The notes below the pieces were generated by a model. It ran no database searches. It saw only the letters and a list, made by a program, of their open reading frames with translations, and was not told the DNA's origin. Below are positions 8,801-15,933 of a DNA stretch of 64,000 nt, one piece after another (the stretch's first letter is position 1; every line of letters begins with the position of its first letter). Origin of the DNA: Bradymonadia bacterium (GTDB taxonomy: Bacteria > Myxococcota_A > Bradymonadia > UBA7976 > UBA1532); NCBI GenBank assembly GCA_046290225.1, contig JBKAGE010000037.1:288001-352000 (forward strand), given 5' to 3'. The position numbers and the translations under genes were made by a program.

Positions 8801-10476
8801 TCGCAGAATCCATGGGCAATGCCGACGAGGCCCTCGAGCTGCGTAGGCGGCTCGCCTCTCTCGAATGGGCAGAAGGGCGCACAGAGGCCGCACAACAACG
8901 CATCACCGAAACCCTCGCCGAGGCCCGCAACCGGGGCTCGGCCATCGAAGAAGGGCACTTGCTGCGCTTGCAGAGTCGCCTCTGGGCTCAAACGGGCAAG
9001 ACCAACGACGCCATCGGCGCGTTGCTCATGGCGCGCCGCCGCCTGGAAGACGGCGGCGCCGAGCTGGAAGCCGCCCGAGCCACCATCGAGTGGGCTCAAC
9101 TCAGCGGGCAGCTGCACCCCGATCATTTGATCGAAGATCTCGAGGTGGCCCGAGCGGTCGGCACCCGCCTGGGTACGCCCGACGTCATCGAGGGCGCCAG
9201 CGAGGTGATCCTCGACATCAAGCGCTCCAAGACTGCCATGGCCGACACGCAGCTGGCCATCCTGGCCCGCTCACTGGGGCGCGAGCTCGATCTGGACACC
9301 CTCCTGGGCAAGGTGGCCGACGCAGCCATCGAACTTACGGAAGGCGAGCGCTGCCTCGTGGTGCTCTACGAGCGGGGCGATGTCCTGCGCGTACACACCG
9401 CCCGATGGAATGGCGGTGAGGGAGAGCAGACCAACGCCCTTCAAATCAGCCGCAGCGTCGCCGACCGGGTCTTCAAAGAAGGTCGAGCCCTCGTGGTGGC
9501 CGATGTGCTCGGTGACTCCCACATGCAGGCCCAAGCGAGCATCGCCGCCCTGGGTCTGCGCTCGATCTTGTGCGCGCCGTTGACCTCTGCAGAGGGCCCG
9601 GTGGGGATCCTGTATGTCGACAGTCGCCAGCACGAGCACACGCGCTTCACCGAGAGCGCGCCGGTCCTCGAGCTCCTGGCCCGTCAGGCCGGTGAGGCGG
9701 TCCGCAACGCTCAGCTCTTCGAGGGGGAGCGACATCGCCGCAGGTTGATCAGCACCCTGGCCCACGACTTCCGCACTCCTCTGGCGGCGACAGACAGCGC
9801 CTTGGAGTTCATGGCCGCCGAGGTCGATGATCCGGAGCTGCAACAGATGATGGCCAGCTGTCGCAGTCAGCTGCAGCACCTGCGCCGCCTCAGCGACGAG
9901 ATCGTACAGCTCGAGCGCGTCAACCAGGGACGCATCACCGTGCGCCCCTTCCCCTTCGAGGCGGACGACCTCCTCCACAGCTACGCTGATTCGCTGCGCC
10001 CACTGGCCCGGCAACACAATGCGACGATCACCGTGGAGGCCATGAAGGGCCTGCCCGAAGTCATGGTGGATCCCGATCGCCTGTTCCAGGTGATGAGCAA
10101 CCTCGTGGGCAACGCCATCAAGGGCCTCGTCGACGGCGGCAACATCATCATTCGCGCCACCCTCACGGATACCTCAGGCCCTCAAAAGCAGCCTCAGTTT
10201 CTCGGCATGGGCATCGGCATTCAGGCCACACGTCCTCAGAGCTGGCTGAAGATTCAGATCAGCGACGACGGCTCGGGCATCGATCCCAAGATCCTCGACG
10301 AGAGCCTCGGTGACCGGGACGAGACCACCCCCTCTCCCCGAGGGCGCACCTTCAAGAGCGAGGGTCTGGGGCTCTCCATCGCGCGGGAGCTGGTTCAGCG
10401 TCACGGCGGGCGGCTCTGGCCAGAGCGATCCGACGAAACGGGCACCACGCTGGCCTTCACTCTGCCTGTAGCCTGA
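5833..10476 (+). CDS. Multidomain Ser/Thr kinase - STAND/AAA ATPase - TPR - GAF - histidine kinase
   Basis: Kinase motifs VALK, HGDLKPDN, DFG and GTPAYMAPE. P-loop GLSGSGRS with LLIDD. TPR NNLG repeats, GAF SILCAPL, H-box AHDFRTPL, and NLVGNAIK, DDGSGI, GLGLSI. Start is uncertain (5776-5833). Confidence 0.92.
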   Translation: MNPQTHAQDSAQWREGDHIDGRYLLHKTLGAGTGGTVYLATDLQLGTEVALKLVPRSEGGLGEEFLLARSLRHPFITSVFDIGQASSEHDYFTMAPVQGGDLASVKDQIGVEGVIQVAADCLQALAHVHSRGLIHGDLKPDNILVALDGPRPRPQLIDFGLAHARGEHALRGTPAYMAPELLGGHAPDALSDQYALGVSIYEALSGANPFLASTVSETLERHRAYTPEALSEIGQGLADVLERMIKKNPDARYPDVQAALHALQDAMPSVKTTVDTQLMTRPVLGPFTGRESVLNTLIDNLYWDRPLEVELILGLSGSGRSRLLEALMIKARLMGFRVISPGPALLDSLRSQLALYLNDEENTLSDQMRDPEEIAHHIGTLAEHQSVLLLIDDLDHCAEAEQVILAEALSHLTDDAPVYVVATAHLDEQVTLLRRIEGGVPCEPQILHPLTLEAFSRVVTGTLGQLDPDGRLTAIYHEAAGGWPGRLETLVSHHIDTGALTWREGSWRASPDAGLQDPAKLIREALAHVPAPVQEQPTRVLDHHGRGHETLLATAALLGDRFNRTDLAALVGLAECRSGLKALIKSGVFNKHHDHIRFEDHRLRDYLLQQMGEEARQMGHRRVVSWLLQSRPDDHRALAAQLAGAGDLGAARRAMLKAIDESTQPLERAEMHRWLLAQGSDPTTHHEGAGDAESEGGRLATAQAHYAQARQFAEDDTTRRRLDRKSGWALSDEGRYAEAQPLLSRALELCDTGTAHQSERGEICFALGWTVMMLGDYAEARRLYQAGLEPGTQALNPDTAARLKRLEGTIAWHTAQGNAEQAFNEAIDLARAAEDKSIEADCLMGLASALIKGRGALEKAIEHLELAARLNRELGRSGQEGKCCNNLGIVYYTVGRWSEAGMSWQRFRDICALTQNRNDQALACNNLGFLYKDRGEFERAAAILDEGRLIAEQANFSMGRMLLLGNLGEVRTQLGQYVDARTALKQALTLAESMGNADEALELRRRLASLEWAEGRTEAAQQRITETLAEARNRGSAIEEGHLLRLQSRLWAQTGKTNDAIGALLMARRRLEDGGAELEAARATIEWAQLSGQLHPDHLIEDLEVARAVGTRLGTPDVIEGASEVILDIKRSKTAMADTQLAILARSLGRELDLDTLLGKVADAAIELTEGERCLVVLYERGDVLRVHTARWNGGEGEQTNALQISRSVADRVFKEGRALVVADVLGDSHMQAQASIAALGLRSILCAPLTSAEGPVGILYVDSRQHEHTRFTESAPVLELLARQAGEAVRNAQLFEGERHRRRLISTLAHDFRTPLAATDSALEFMAAEVDDPELQQMMASCRSQLQHLRRLSDEIVQLERVNQGRITVRPFPFEADDLLHSYADSLRPLARQHNATITVEAMKGLPEVMVDPDRLFQVMSNLVGNAIKGLVDGGNIIIRATLTDTSGPQKQPQFLGMGIGIQATRPQSWLKIQISDDGSGIDPKILDESLGDRDETTPSPRGRTFKSEGLGLSIARELVQRHGGRLWPERSDETGTTLAFTLPVA

Positions 10477-10492
10477 TCGGACGCCTCAGACT

Positions 10493-10514
10493 GATCTGAC
10501 AGCCCTGTCAGATC
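10493..10514. terminator. Perfect inverted repeat between convergent genes, likely bidirectional terminator
   Basis: GATCTGACAG-CC-CTGTCAGATC overlapping the thyA stop; no U-tract. Confidence 0.5.
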
Positions 10515-11350
10515 GCCACAGGTGCCTTGATCCGCGGGTACGGATCGTATCCCTCGAGGGTGAAATCTTCGTAGGTGAAGTCCGTGAGCTCGGCCACATC
10601 GGGGTTGAGCTTCATGGTGGGCAGGGAGCGAGGTGCTCGGCTCAGCTGCAGCTGCGCCTGCTCGAGGTGATTGAGATACAAGTGTACATCACCAAAGGTG
10701 TGCACGAAGTCCCCCGGCTGCAGGCCACATACCTGAGCCATCATCATGGTGAGCAGCGCATAGCTGGCGATGTTGAAAGGCACCCCGAGAAACAGATCGG
10801 CGCTGCGCTGGTAGAGCTGACAGCTGAGTCGGCCCCCCTGCACATAGAATTGGAACAATGTATGGCACGGCGGCAGGGCCACTTGATCGGCCTCGCCAGG
10901 GTGCCAGCCGCTGACGATGAGGCGCCGGCTGTGCGGGTTGGCCCTGATCTGATCGACGACGCGCTGGATCTGATCGACGCCATCTCGATTGTAGCTGCCG
11001 TCTGGGTTCCTCGATCCCCCGAAGTTGCGCCACTGGTGTCCATAAATCGGCCCCAGATCGCCTTCAGAACGACCAAACCGGGCGGTCTGCTCTGCCGTGG
11101 ACCACTCGTTCCAGATGGTGACGCCGCGATCGGTGAGCCACTGGTTGTCGGTGCGGCCGTTGAGGAACCACAACAACTCGTAGATGATCGACTTGAGGTG
11201 CACCTTCTTGGTGGTGACCAGTGGAAACCCCGCCTGAAGGTCGAAACGCATCTGATGGCCGAACAGACTCAGGGTGCCGGTGCCGGTACGATCTTCGCGA
11301 CGGCAGCCCTCGTCGAGGATCTTCTGCATCAAATCGAGGTATGCCTGCAT
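10508..11350 (-). CDS. thyA: Thymidylate synthase
   Basis: Motifs [32 protein letters not shown] and [26 protein letters not shown] lies 8 nt before the ATG at 11350. Confidence 0.98.
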   Translation of the reverse strand: MQAYLDLMQKILDEGCRREDRTGTGTLSLFGHQMRFDLQAGFPLVTTKKVHLKSIIYELLWFLNGRTDNQWLTDRGVTIWNEWSTAEQTARFGRSEGDLGPIYGHQWRNFGGSRNPDGSYNRDGVDQIQRVVDQIRANPHSRRLIVSGWHPGEADQVALPPCHTLFQFYVQGGRLSCQLYQRSADLFLGVPFNIASYALLTMMMAQVCGLQPGDFVHTFGDVHLYLNHLEQAQLQLSRAPRSLPTMKLNPDVAELTDFTYEDFTLEGYDPYPRIKAPVAI

Positions 11351-11407
11351 CTTCATGGCCTCCTGCGCCAACTCCGAGACCGCCGCATCGTGTCAGATGC
11401 TGGCCTG

Positions 11408-12760
11408 ATGGGAAACCCGTTGTTCACCCTGCCTGCCCCCCTCACTGGAGAGATCCTGGCCCACCTCGCAGAAGGTGTGCGCCTCGGTGATCCGATCGCC
11501 CAGGGCCGACTACGACACATGCTCATGGGGCCGCTGCTCGACGCGCTGATGCGTCACTCGACCGAGGTGAGCGCCATCGCCGCGGAGGCCGCCACAGTGG
11601 ATGCGCTGGAGGCCTGGTTCGATGCGTGCGAGGCCCGGGGCACCCTCGACCCGTCCACGCTTGCCGATGACGTGATGCACCTCGCCCTCGAACGCCTCGG
11701 CAAGCACTCGAGCCCGCCCTGGCCCTCTCGCAGGCAACTGCACCCACAACTGCGCAGCGGGCTCGACCCCACCGATCGCCTCGCCTTCGACGCGGTCCAC
11801 GATGCTCAAGGCAACCGTCAGGGCATCGCTGATCGACTCGGCCACGATTTAGAGACGATGGCGGGGCCTCTGGAGCGCATGCGGCAAGCCATCTTGTGGC
11901 AGGCAGCGGAGAGCAGCCCTCCCCTCGCCCGAGCGCTGAACCTCGATCCCCAACGCGACGCCCGCCTGGTGCCCGTCCTTCGCGCCTTCATCGAAGGTGA
12001 CGCGCTCTCGGGTGCTGCAGCGAAGATCGCCTCTCGAGAGCTCGTGGAGGCGCTCGCCGAGCCAGAGGAGCGCCTACGATATGAGGCAGTGGTGCACCTT
12101 GAGCGCACTCTGGAGGGCTGTGAGGGTGCCAGCACAAGCCAGAAGTCTCGCCTGCTGGCCCATCTCGTTCACGGGCCCGCAGAAGAAGGCGCCAGCAAGG
12201 CGCCGCTGATTCTGGGCGTGGGCTTCGCCCTCATCGGGCTGATGTCGGTGTTCTTGTTCCTCGGGCCCTCTGATCCAGTGGGCGCTGCGCTGCCCACGAT
12301 GTCGGTGCTCCGCGCCGGCGTCGGGGAGATGGCCCACCTCGACGACGCCCGCGCCAATGCCCCCGAAGGGCAGGAGGTGGGCGCCGGCGAGACCCTGGCT
12401 CCGGGTGAGGGGCTGTATTTCGCCTATGGCAACCCGCCGGAGAGCCCCTTCCGTCATTGGATGATCGTGGGCCGAGACGCGCGCAGCCAGCTGCACTGGT
12501 ATCACCCGGCCCCAGGGGCGCCAGCGCCTCAAGGCCCTACAGGGGCGTCGACCTTCATGCTCAAAGACATTCGGTGGCGGCCGCTCAAGCGCGTGATCTA
12601 TGCGAAGCACCCACCGGGCAATCTACGCATTTGTGGGCTCTTCTTCGAAGACAAGGGCACTCTGCTCGAGGCCCGAGAGCATCTCGAACGCACAGGCGAC
12701 TGGCCAGAGAGCGGGCACCGGGACTGTCGCACCATCACGGTGATGGGTGAGGGGCCGTAA
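11408..12760 (+). CDS. Putative divergent ECF-sigma-like domain fused to TM helix and extracytoplasmic (DUF4384/anti-sigma-like) domain
   Basis: The true start is likely the ATG at 11408, because the upstream part of the track ORF is a thyA shadow. Contains a sigma4-like HTH pattern, a single TM helix (LILGVGFALIGLMSVFLFL) and a C-terminal LAPGEGLYFAY...LHWYHP segment. Confidence 0.6.
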   Translation: MGNPLFTLPAPLTGEILAHLAEGVRLGDPIAQGRLRHMLMGPLLDALMRHSTEVSAIAAEAATVDALEAWFDACEARGTLDPSTLADDVMHLALERLGKHSSPPWPSRRQLHPQLRSGLDPTDRLAFDAVHDAQGNRQGIADRLGHDLETMAGPLERMRQAILWQAAESSPPLARALNLDPQRDARLVPVLRAFIEGDALSGAAAKIASRELVEALAEPEERLRYEAVVHLERTLEGCEGASTSQKSRLLAHLVHGPAEEGASKAPLILGVGFALIGLMSVFLFLGPSDPVGAALPTMSVLRAGVGEMAHLDDARANAPEGQEVGAGETLAPGEGLYFAYGNPPESPFRHWMIVGRDARSQLHWYHPAPGAPAPQGPTGASTFMLKDIRWRPLKRVIYAKHPPGNLRICGLFFEDKGTLLEAREHLERTGDWPESGHRDCRTITVMGEGP

Positions 12761-12767
12761 GGCGGAC

Positions 12768-13886
12768 TCAGCGCCCGCCGAAGTTCTGGGTCCAGTAGTA
12801 GGGGAAGCGCGCAGTGGCGGCCTGGAAGAAGCCCACGCCAAGCTCGTTGAAGTTGGGGTTCATGATGTTGGCGCAGTGGCCATCGGAGTCCATCCAGCCG
12901 GCGACGACGCTCTGAGGCGTGGGCTGCCCTGCGGCGATGTTTTCCCCCATCCAACCACCGGTGTAGCCCGCAGCCCGCATACGATCGAAGGGGGTGCGAC
13001 CGTCGAGGGAGTCGTGCTCGAAGTAGTTCTGCATGGCCATGTCTTCGCTGTGCAGCCGGGCGGCGCAGCGCAAGGTGGCGTTGAACTCGAGGGGCCCTGC
13101 GGGGCCGAACTCTCCCTGGGTGTCACAGTTGTAACCCTGGGCCCGATATTCGTTGGTGAGGCGCAACACCTCGAACTCGAACTCGGTCCAGTTGTCCTGC
13201 CAGCGGGCTTCGACGTCAGCACAATCGTCGCTCACCGGGCCACCGCCACCAAAGCCACCCTGCCCTTGATCGGGGATGTCGACGACGCCTGCGTCCATCC
13301 CGTCTCCACCACCGGCGCCACCGACCTCGGCGTCGGGCATCGGCGGCTCTGGTGCCCCAAAGGTGCCCACGAACCCTGTGCCCAGACGGGTGATCTCCAC
13401 GATGACGGTGTCACCGTCGACCCGGGCGGGGATCTCGGAGAACGTGACGCCATCGGTGGACCAGAAGAACACAGTGGGCCGAGGCCTGCCGATGTAGACC
13501 ATGCGGATGGTGGCCGGCACCTCGAACTGCACAGTGTCGGGGCCGAATCGAAACACAGGGGAATGGCGGGTGAAGTCGCCCTCGGGATCTTCGAAGGTGG
13601 ATTCGACTGTGAGGGTGACGGGCTCAGCGAGGGCGCCCTCGGGCACAGTGAGTGTTGCCCCAGGCACCCTCACCGTCGTGCCGGTGCTGTCGGCAAGGGC
13701 TTCTGCAGTCTCACCGCTGCCGATGGGGCCCAGAGGCGTCTCGGGGGGCACGAGCGCCCCACCGCCGGCTCCACCAGCGGCCCCTGCACCATCACCGTCT
13801 CCATCACCCCCCGAGTCGTCACAGGCCCACATGCTCAGGGGCACCAGACACGTGAAGATCAGGGCAGCGCGAGAGATGGGGCTCAT
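12768..13886 (-). CDS. Lipoprotein with ZU5-like domain and C-terminal CAP/SCP domain
   Basis: Lipobox MWAC; ZU5-like LTVPEGAL..SPVFRFGP; CAP motifs HSEDM, GENIAAG, WMDSDGHCANIM and YWTQNF. Confidence 0.88.
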   Translation of the reverse strand: MSPISRAALIFTCLVPLSMWACDDSGGDGDGDGAGAAGGAGGGALVPPETPLGPIGSGETAEALADSTGTTVRVPGATLTVPEGALAEPVTLTVESTFEDPEGDFTRHSPVFRFGPDTVQFEVPATIRMVYIGRPRPTVFFWSTDGVTFSEIPARVDGDTVIVEITRLGTGFVGTFGAPEPPMPDAEVGGAGGGDGMDAGVVDIPDQGQGGFGGGGPVSDDCADVEARWQDNWTEFEFEVLRLTNEYRAQGYNCDTQGEFGPAGPLEFNATLRCAARLHSEDMAMQNYFEHDSLDGRTPFDRMRAAGYTGGWMGENIAAGQPTPQSVVAGWMDSDGHCANIMNPNFNELGVGFFQAATARFPYYWTQNFGGR

Positions 13887-13981
13887 CTGGACCTCTACGA
13901 AAATTTCAGGGGAAAGATGATAGCGGGGCAACGCCACCCTATGGAGCGATGGCGGAGAATTTAATCCCCTGTGCAGGGACC

Positions 13982-14638
13982 TCAGTCGATCTCGGGCTCG
14001 GGGCGCAGAAAACCCCACAGCGCGCCCGCGAGGCCACAGGCCACGATGGGGATCAACGTGTGCCACACCATGACGTGACCCGCAGACTCGGCGATGCAGT
14101 GGGTGCTCACCGGTACGAGGCCGAGGAAGCCGGCGCCGAGGCCGAGCAGCAGGCCCGTGGGGGCGTGTCGCCTCAGCACCTTTCGCCCGGCGACGAGGGT
14201 GGTGGCGAGGATGGCCGTAGAGGTGAGGGCACCCCCCTTGAGGCACGAGAAGCCCATGGCCCAGAACTGATCACCGAGGCCCACGTGACTCTGAAAGTCA
14301 GACAATGTGAGCAGGATGATGACGCCGCCGAGGGCAGCGAACAGCAACAACGGCTTGAGACGCCGACCTGCTGGCAACACCAGTCCGAAGGCCAGACCGA
14401 AGAGGGTGAGCCCCACGACCAGCAACACGGCAGAGGTGATCCAGGTGCGGGGTGGGATGGTGGGCGAGAGCCCAAAACCCTGGGCGAGGCCGGCAACGAT
14501 GGCGAGGGCGACGATGGACGACACCGCGCCGAGGTTCCGACGCTTGCGGGCGAGGGCGGCCATGTCTTGAGCCACCATGTCCCGCAGCGCCTGCGGCGGC
14601 AGTAGCTCCTGCTTGTCGCTGTGATGCTCAGGCAACAT
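13982..14638 (-). CDS. NrsF/DUF1109-type multi-TM anti-sigma factor
   Basis: About six TM helices with conserved Cys, HC and HVMVWH motifs; lies directly downstream of an ECF sigma factor. Confidence 0.8.
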   Translation of the reverse strand: MLPEHHSDKQELLPPQALRDMVAQDMAALARKRRNLGAVSSIVALAIVAGLAQGFGLSPTIPPRTWITSAVLLVVGLTLFGLAFGLVLPAGRRLKPLLLFAALGGVIILLTLSDFQSHVGLGDQFWAMGFSCLKGGALTSTAILATTLVAGRKVLRRHAPTGLLLGLGAGFLGLVPVSTHCIAESAGHVMVWHTLIPIVACGLAGALWGFLRPEPEID

Positions 14639-14641
14639 GGT

Positions 14642-15217
14642 TCATTCCCTGCCCCGCTGCAGCATGCCTGCAAGCCGGGCCCTCAAACGATTGTACCCCC
14701 GGTGGGCTCTGACCCGGGCGGCGCCTTCTTTGATGCCCAGTGTAGCGGCAACTTCTGCAAGTGGCCGCCCCTCGAGCTTGTGCATGGCCACCACGGCGCG
14801 CTGCCCTTCTGGCAGCTCGTTGATGGCCTGCTTCAGCGCCTCGATCAACTCCGTGGGGGTCTCCTCTTCTTCGGGGGCGGTCTGCATTTCTGGCAGCTCG
14901 CCCTCTCGGGTCAGCACATCTTTCCGGCTGCCCCTCTTGCGCAAAGCGTCGATGGACAGTCGCCGGGCGATGGTGAGCACCCAGGGGCCCACCGGGGCAC
15001 CTGGCCGATATCGGTCACGGGCCTTGTGTACTCTGAGGAACGTCTGCTGCGTCAGATCTTCAGCAAGGGTGCGATCCCCCACCCACCTGATTTGACACCG
15101 CAGGACCACCGGCGAGAGCACACGGTAGACCTCGTCGAACGCTCGGGCGTCACCATCAGCATAACGCCCCATGGCGTCGATGAGCTGGCTCTCATCCCGG
15201 GTTTTCGAAGTGCTCAT
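14642..15217 (-). CDS. ECF RNA polymerase sigma factor
   Basis: Motifs GDARAFDEVY, AEDLTQQTFL, WVLTIARR and LPEGQR...EVAATLG...RAHRG. Confidence 0.95.
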   Translation of the reverse strand: MSTSKTRDESQLIDAMGRYADGDARAFDEVYRVLSPVVLRCQIRWVGDRTLAEDLTQQTFLRVHKARDRYRPGAPVGPWVLTIARRLSIDALRKRGSRKDVLTREGELPEMQTAPEEEETPTELIEALKQAINELPEGQRAVVAMHKLEGRPLAEVAATLGIKEGAARVRAHRGYNRLRARLAGMLQRGRE

Positions 15218-15275
15218 GTAGACGTGGCTCGGTCAGAGTGGACAAACGCTTGAGCGAACCCGTCTTTCATCAGGC

Positions 15276-15303
15276 TATACGTGCCCGAAACAATCAGGTT
15301 ACA
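15276..15303 (-). promoter_or_regulatory. ECF-type promoter (TGTAAC-N16-CGTATA), probable autoregulation
   Basis: The minus strand reads TGTAAC ctgattgtttcgggca CGTATA about 60 nt upstream of the sigma gene, matching the AAC/CGT ECF consensus. Confidence 0.75.
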
Positions 15304-15396
15304 CACAGAGCGTGCTCATGGTGAACAAGGCTCGAAGGGTGCCCTTTTCTGTCATCTGGAGCAAGCTTGTCCGACCTACATGTGTGGGTACCCGCC

Positions 15397-15933
15397 TCAG
15401 GGCTGCACAGGGGCGGGTGCTGGTGGGGGCGGCGCGTCTTCGTCTCCACCGCCAGGGGGTGCCTCTTCCGGTACACCTGCGTCCGGCGGCAGGGGTTTCT
15501 TGTAGCCGTACAAGGTGTTGGCCTTGCTCGCCGGCGTGAGGGTGACCGAGACGTCATCGTCCCGAAACGTGTAGATGCGGGTGTTCACGGGGATGTACCC
15601 CCCCGCCACGACCTTGACATCGATGGGCCCGGAATCGCGCTGGCGCTTCAGCGTGAGGGGGGTGACACCCAGCTTCTCCTTGCCCCAGTACACCGAGGCC
15701 CGCACCTTGGGCCGAGTGGTCAGCCTCAAGGTCACCGTCTTGGGCGCCGCCTTGCGCTTCGCCTTGGCCTTTTGCTCCTGATCGAGCGTGCGCTGGGCCT
15801 GCTTCTGCATTTCTTTTTGGGCGTCGAGCTTGCGCTCGGCATCTTTCACCACCGCAGGCTTGTCCTGGGCAGAGGCCAGAGCACAGACCCCGATCACTGT
15901 GAGGGCGGCCGCGAGGGCCAGCGCCGATCTCAT
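15397..15933 (-). CDS. Secreted PEGA-like domain protein
   Basis: Signal peptide; LTTRP..ASV...LGVTPL...GY pattern; 4-nt overlap with the upstream gene. Confidence 0.75.
   Translation of the reverse strand: MRSALALAAALTVIGVCALASAQDKPAVVKDAERKLDAQKEMQKQAQRTLDQEQKAKAKRKAAPKTVTLRLTTRPKVRASVYWGKEKLGVTPLTLKRQRDSGPIDVKVVAGGYIPVNTRIYTFRDDDVSVTLTPASKANTLYGYKKPLPPDAGVPEEAPPGGGDEDAPPPPAPAPVQP

Noticed and set aside
10667..11407. N-terminal 247 aa of the 697-aa track ORF
   Set aside because: It is almost entirely antisense to thyA; the real gene most likely starts at 11408.
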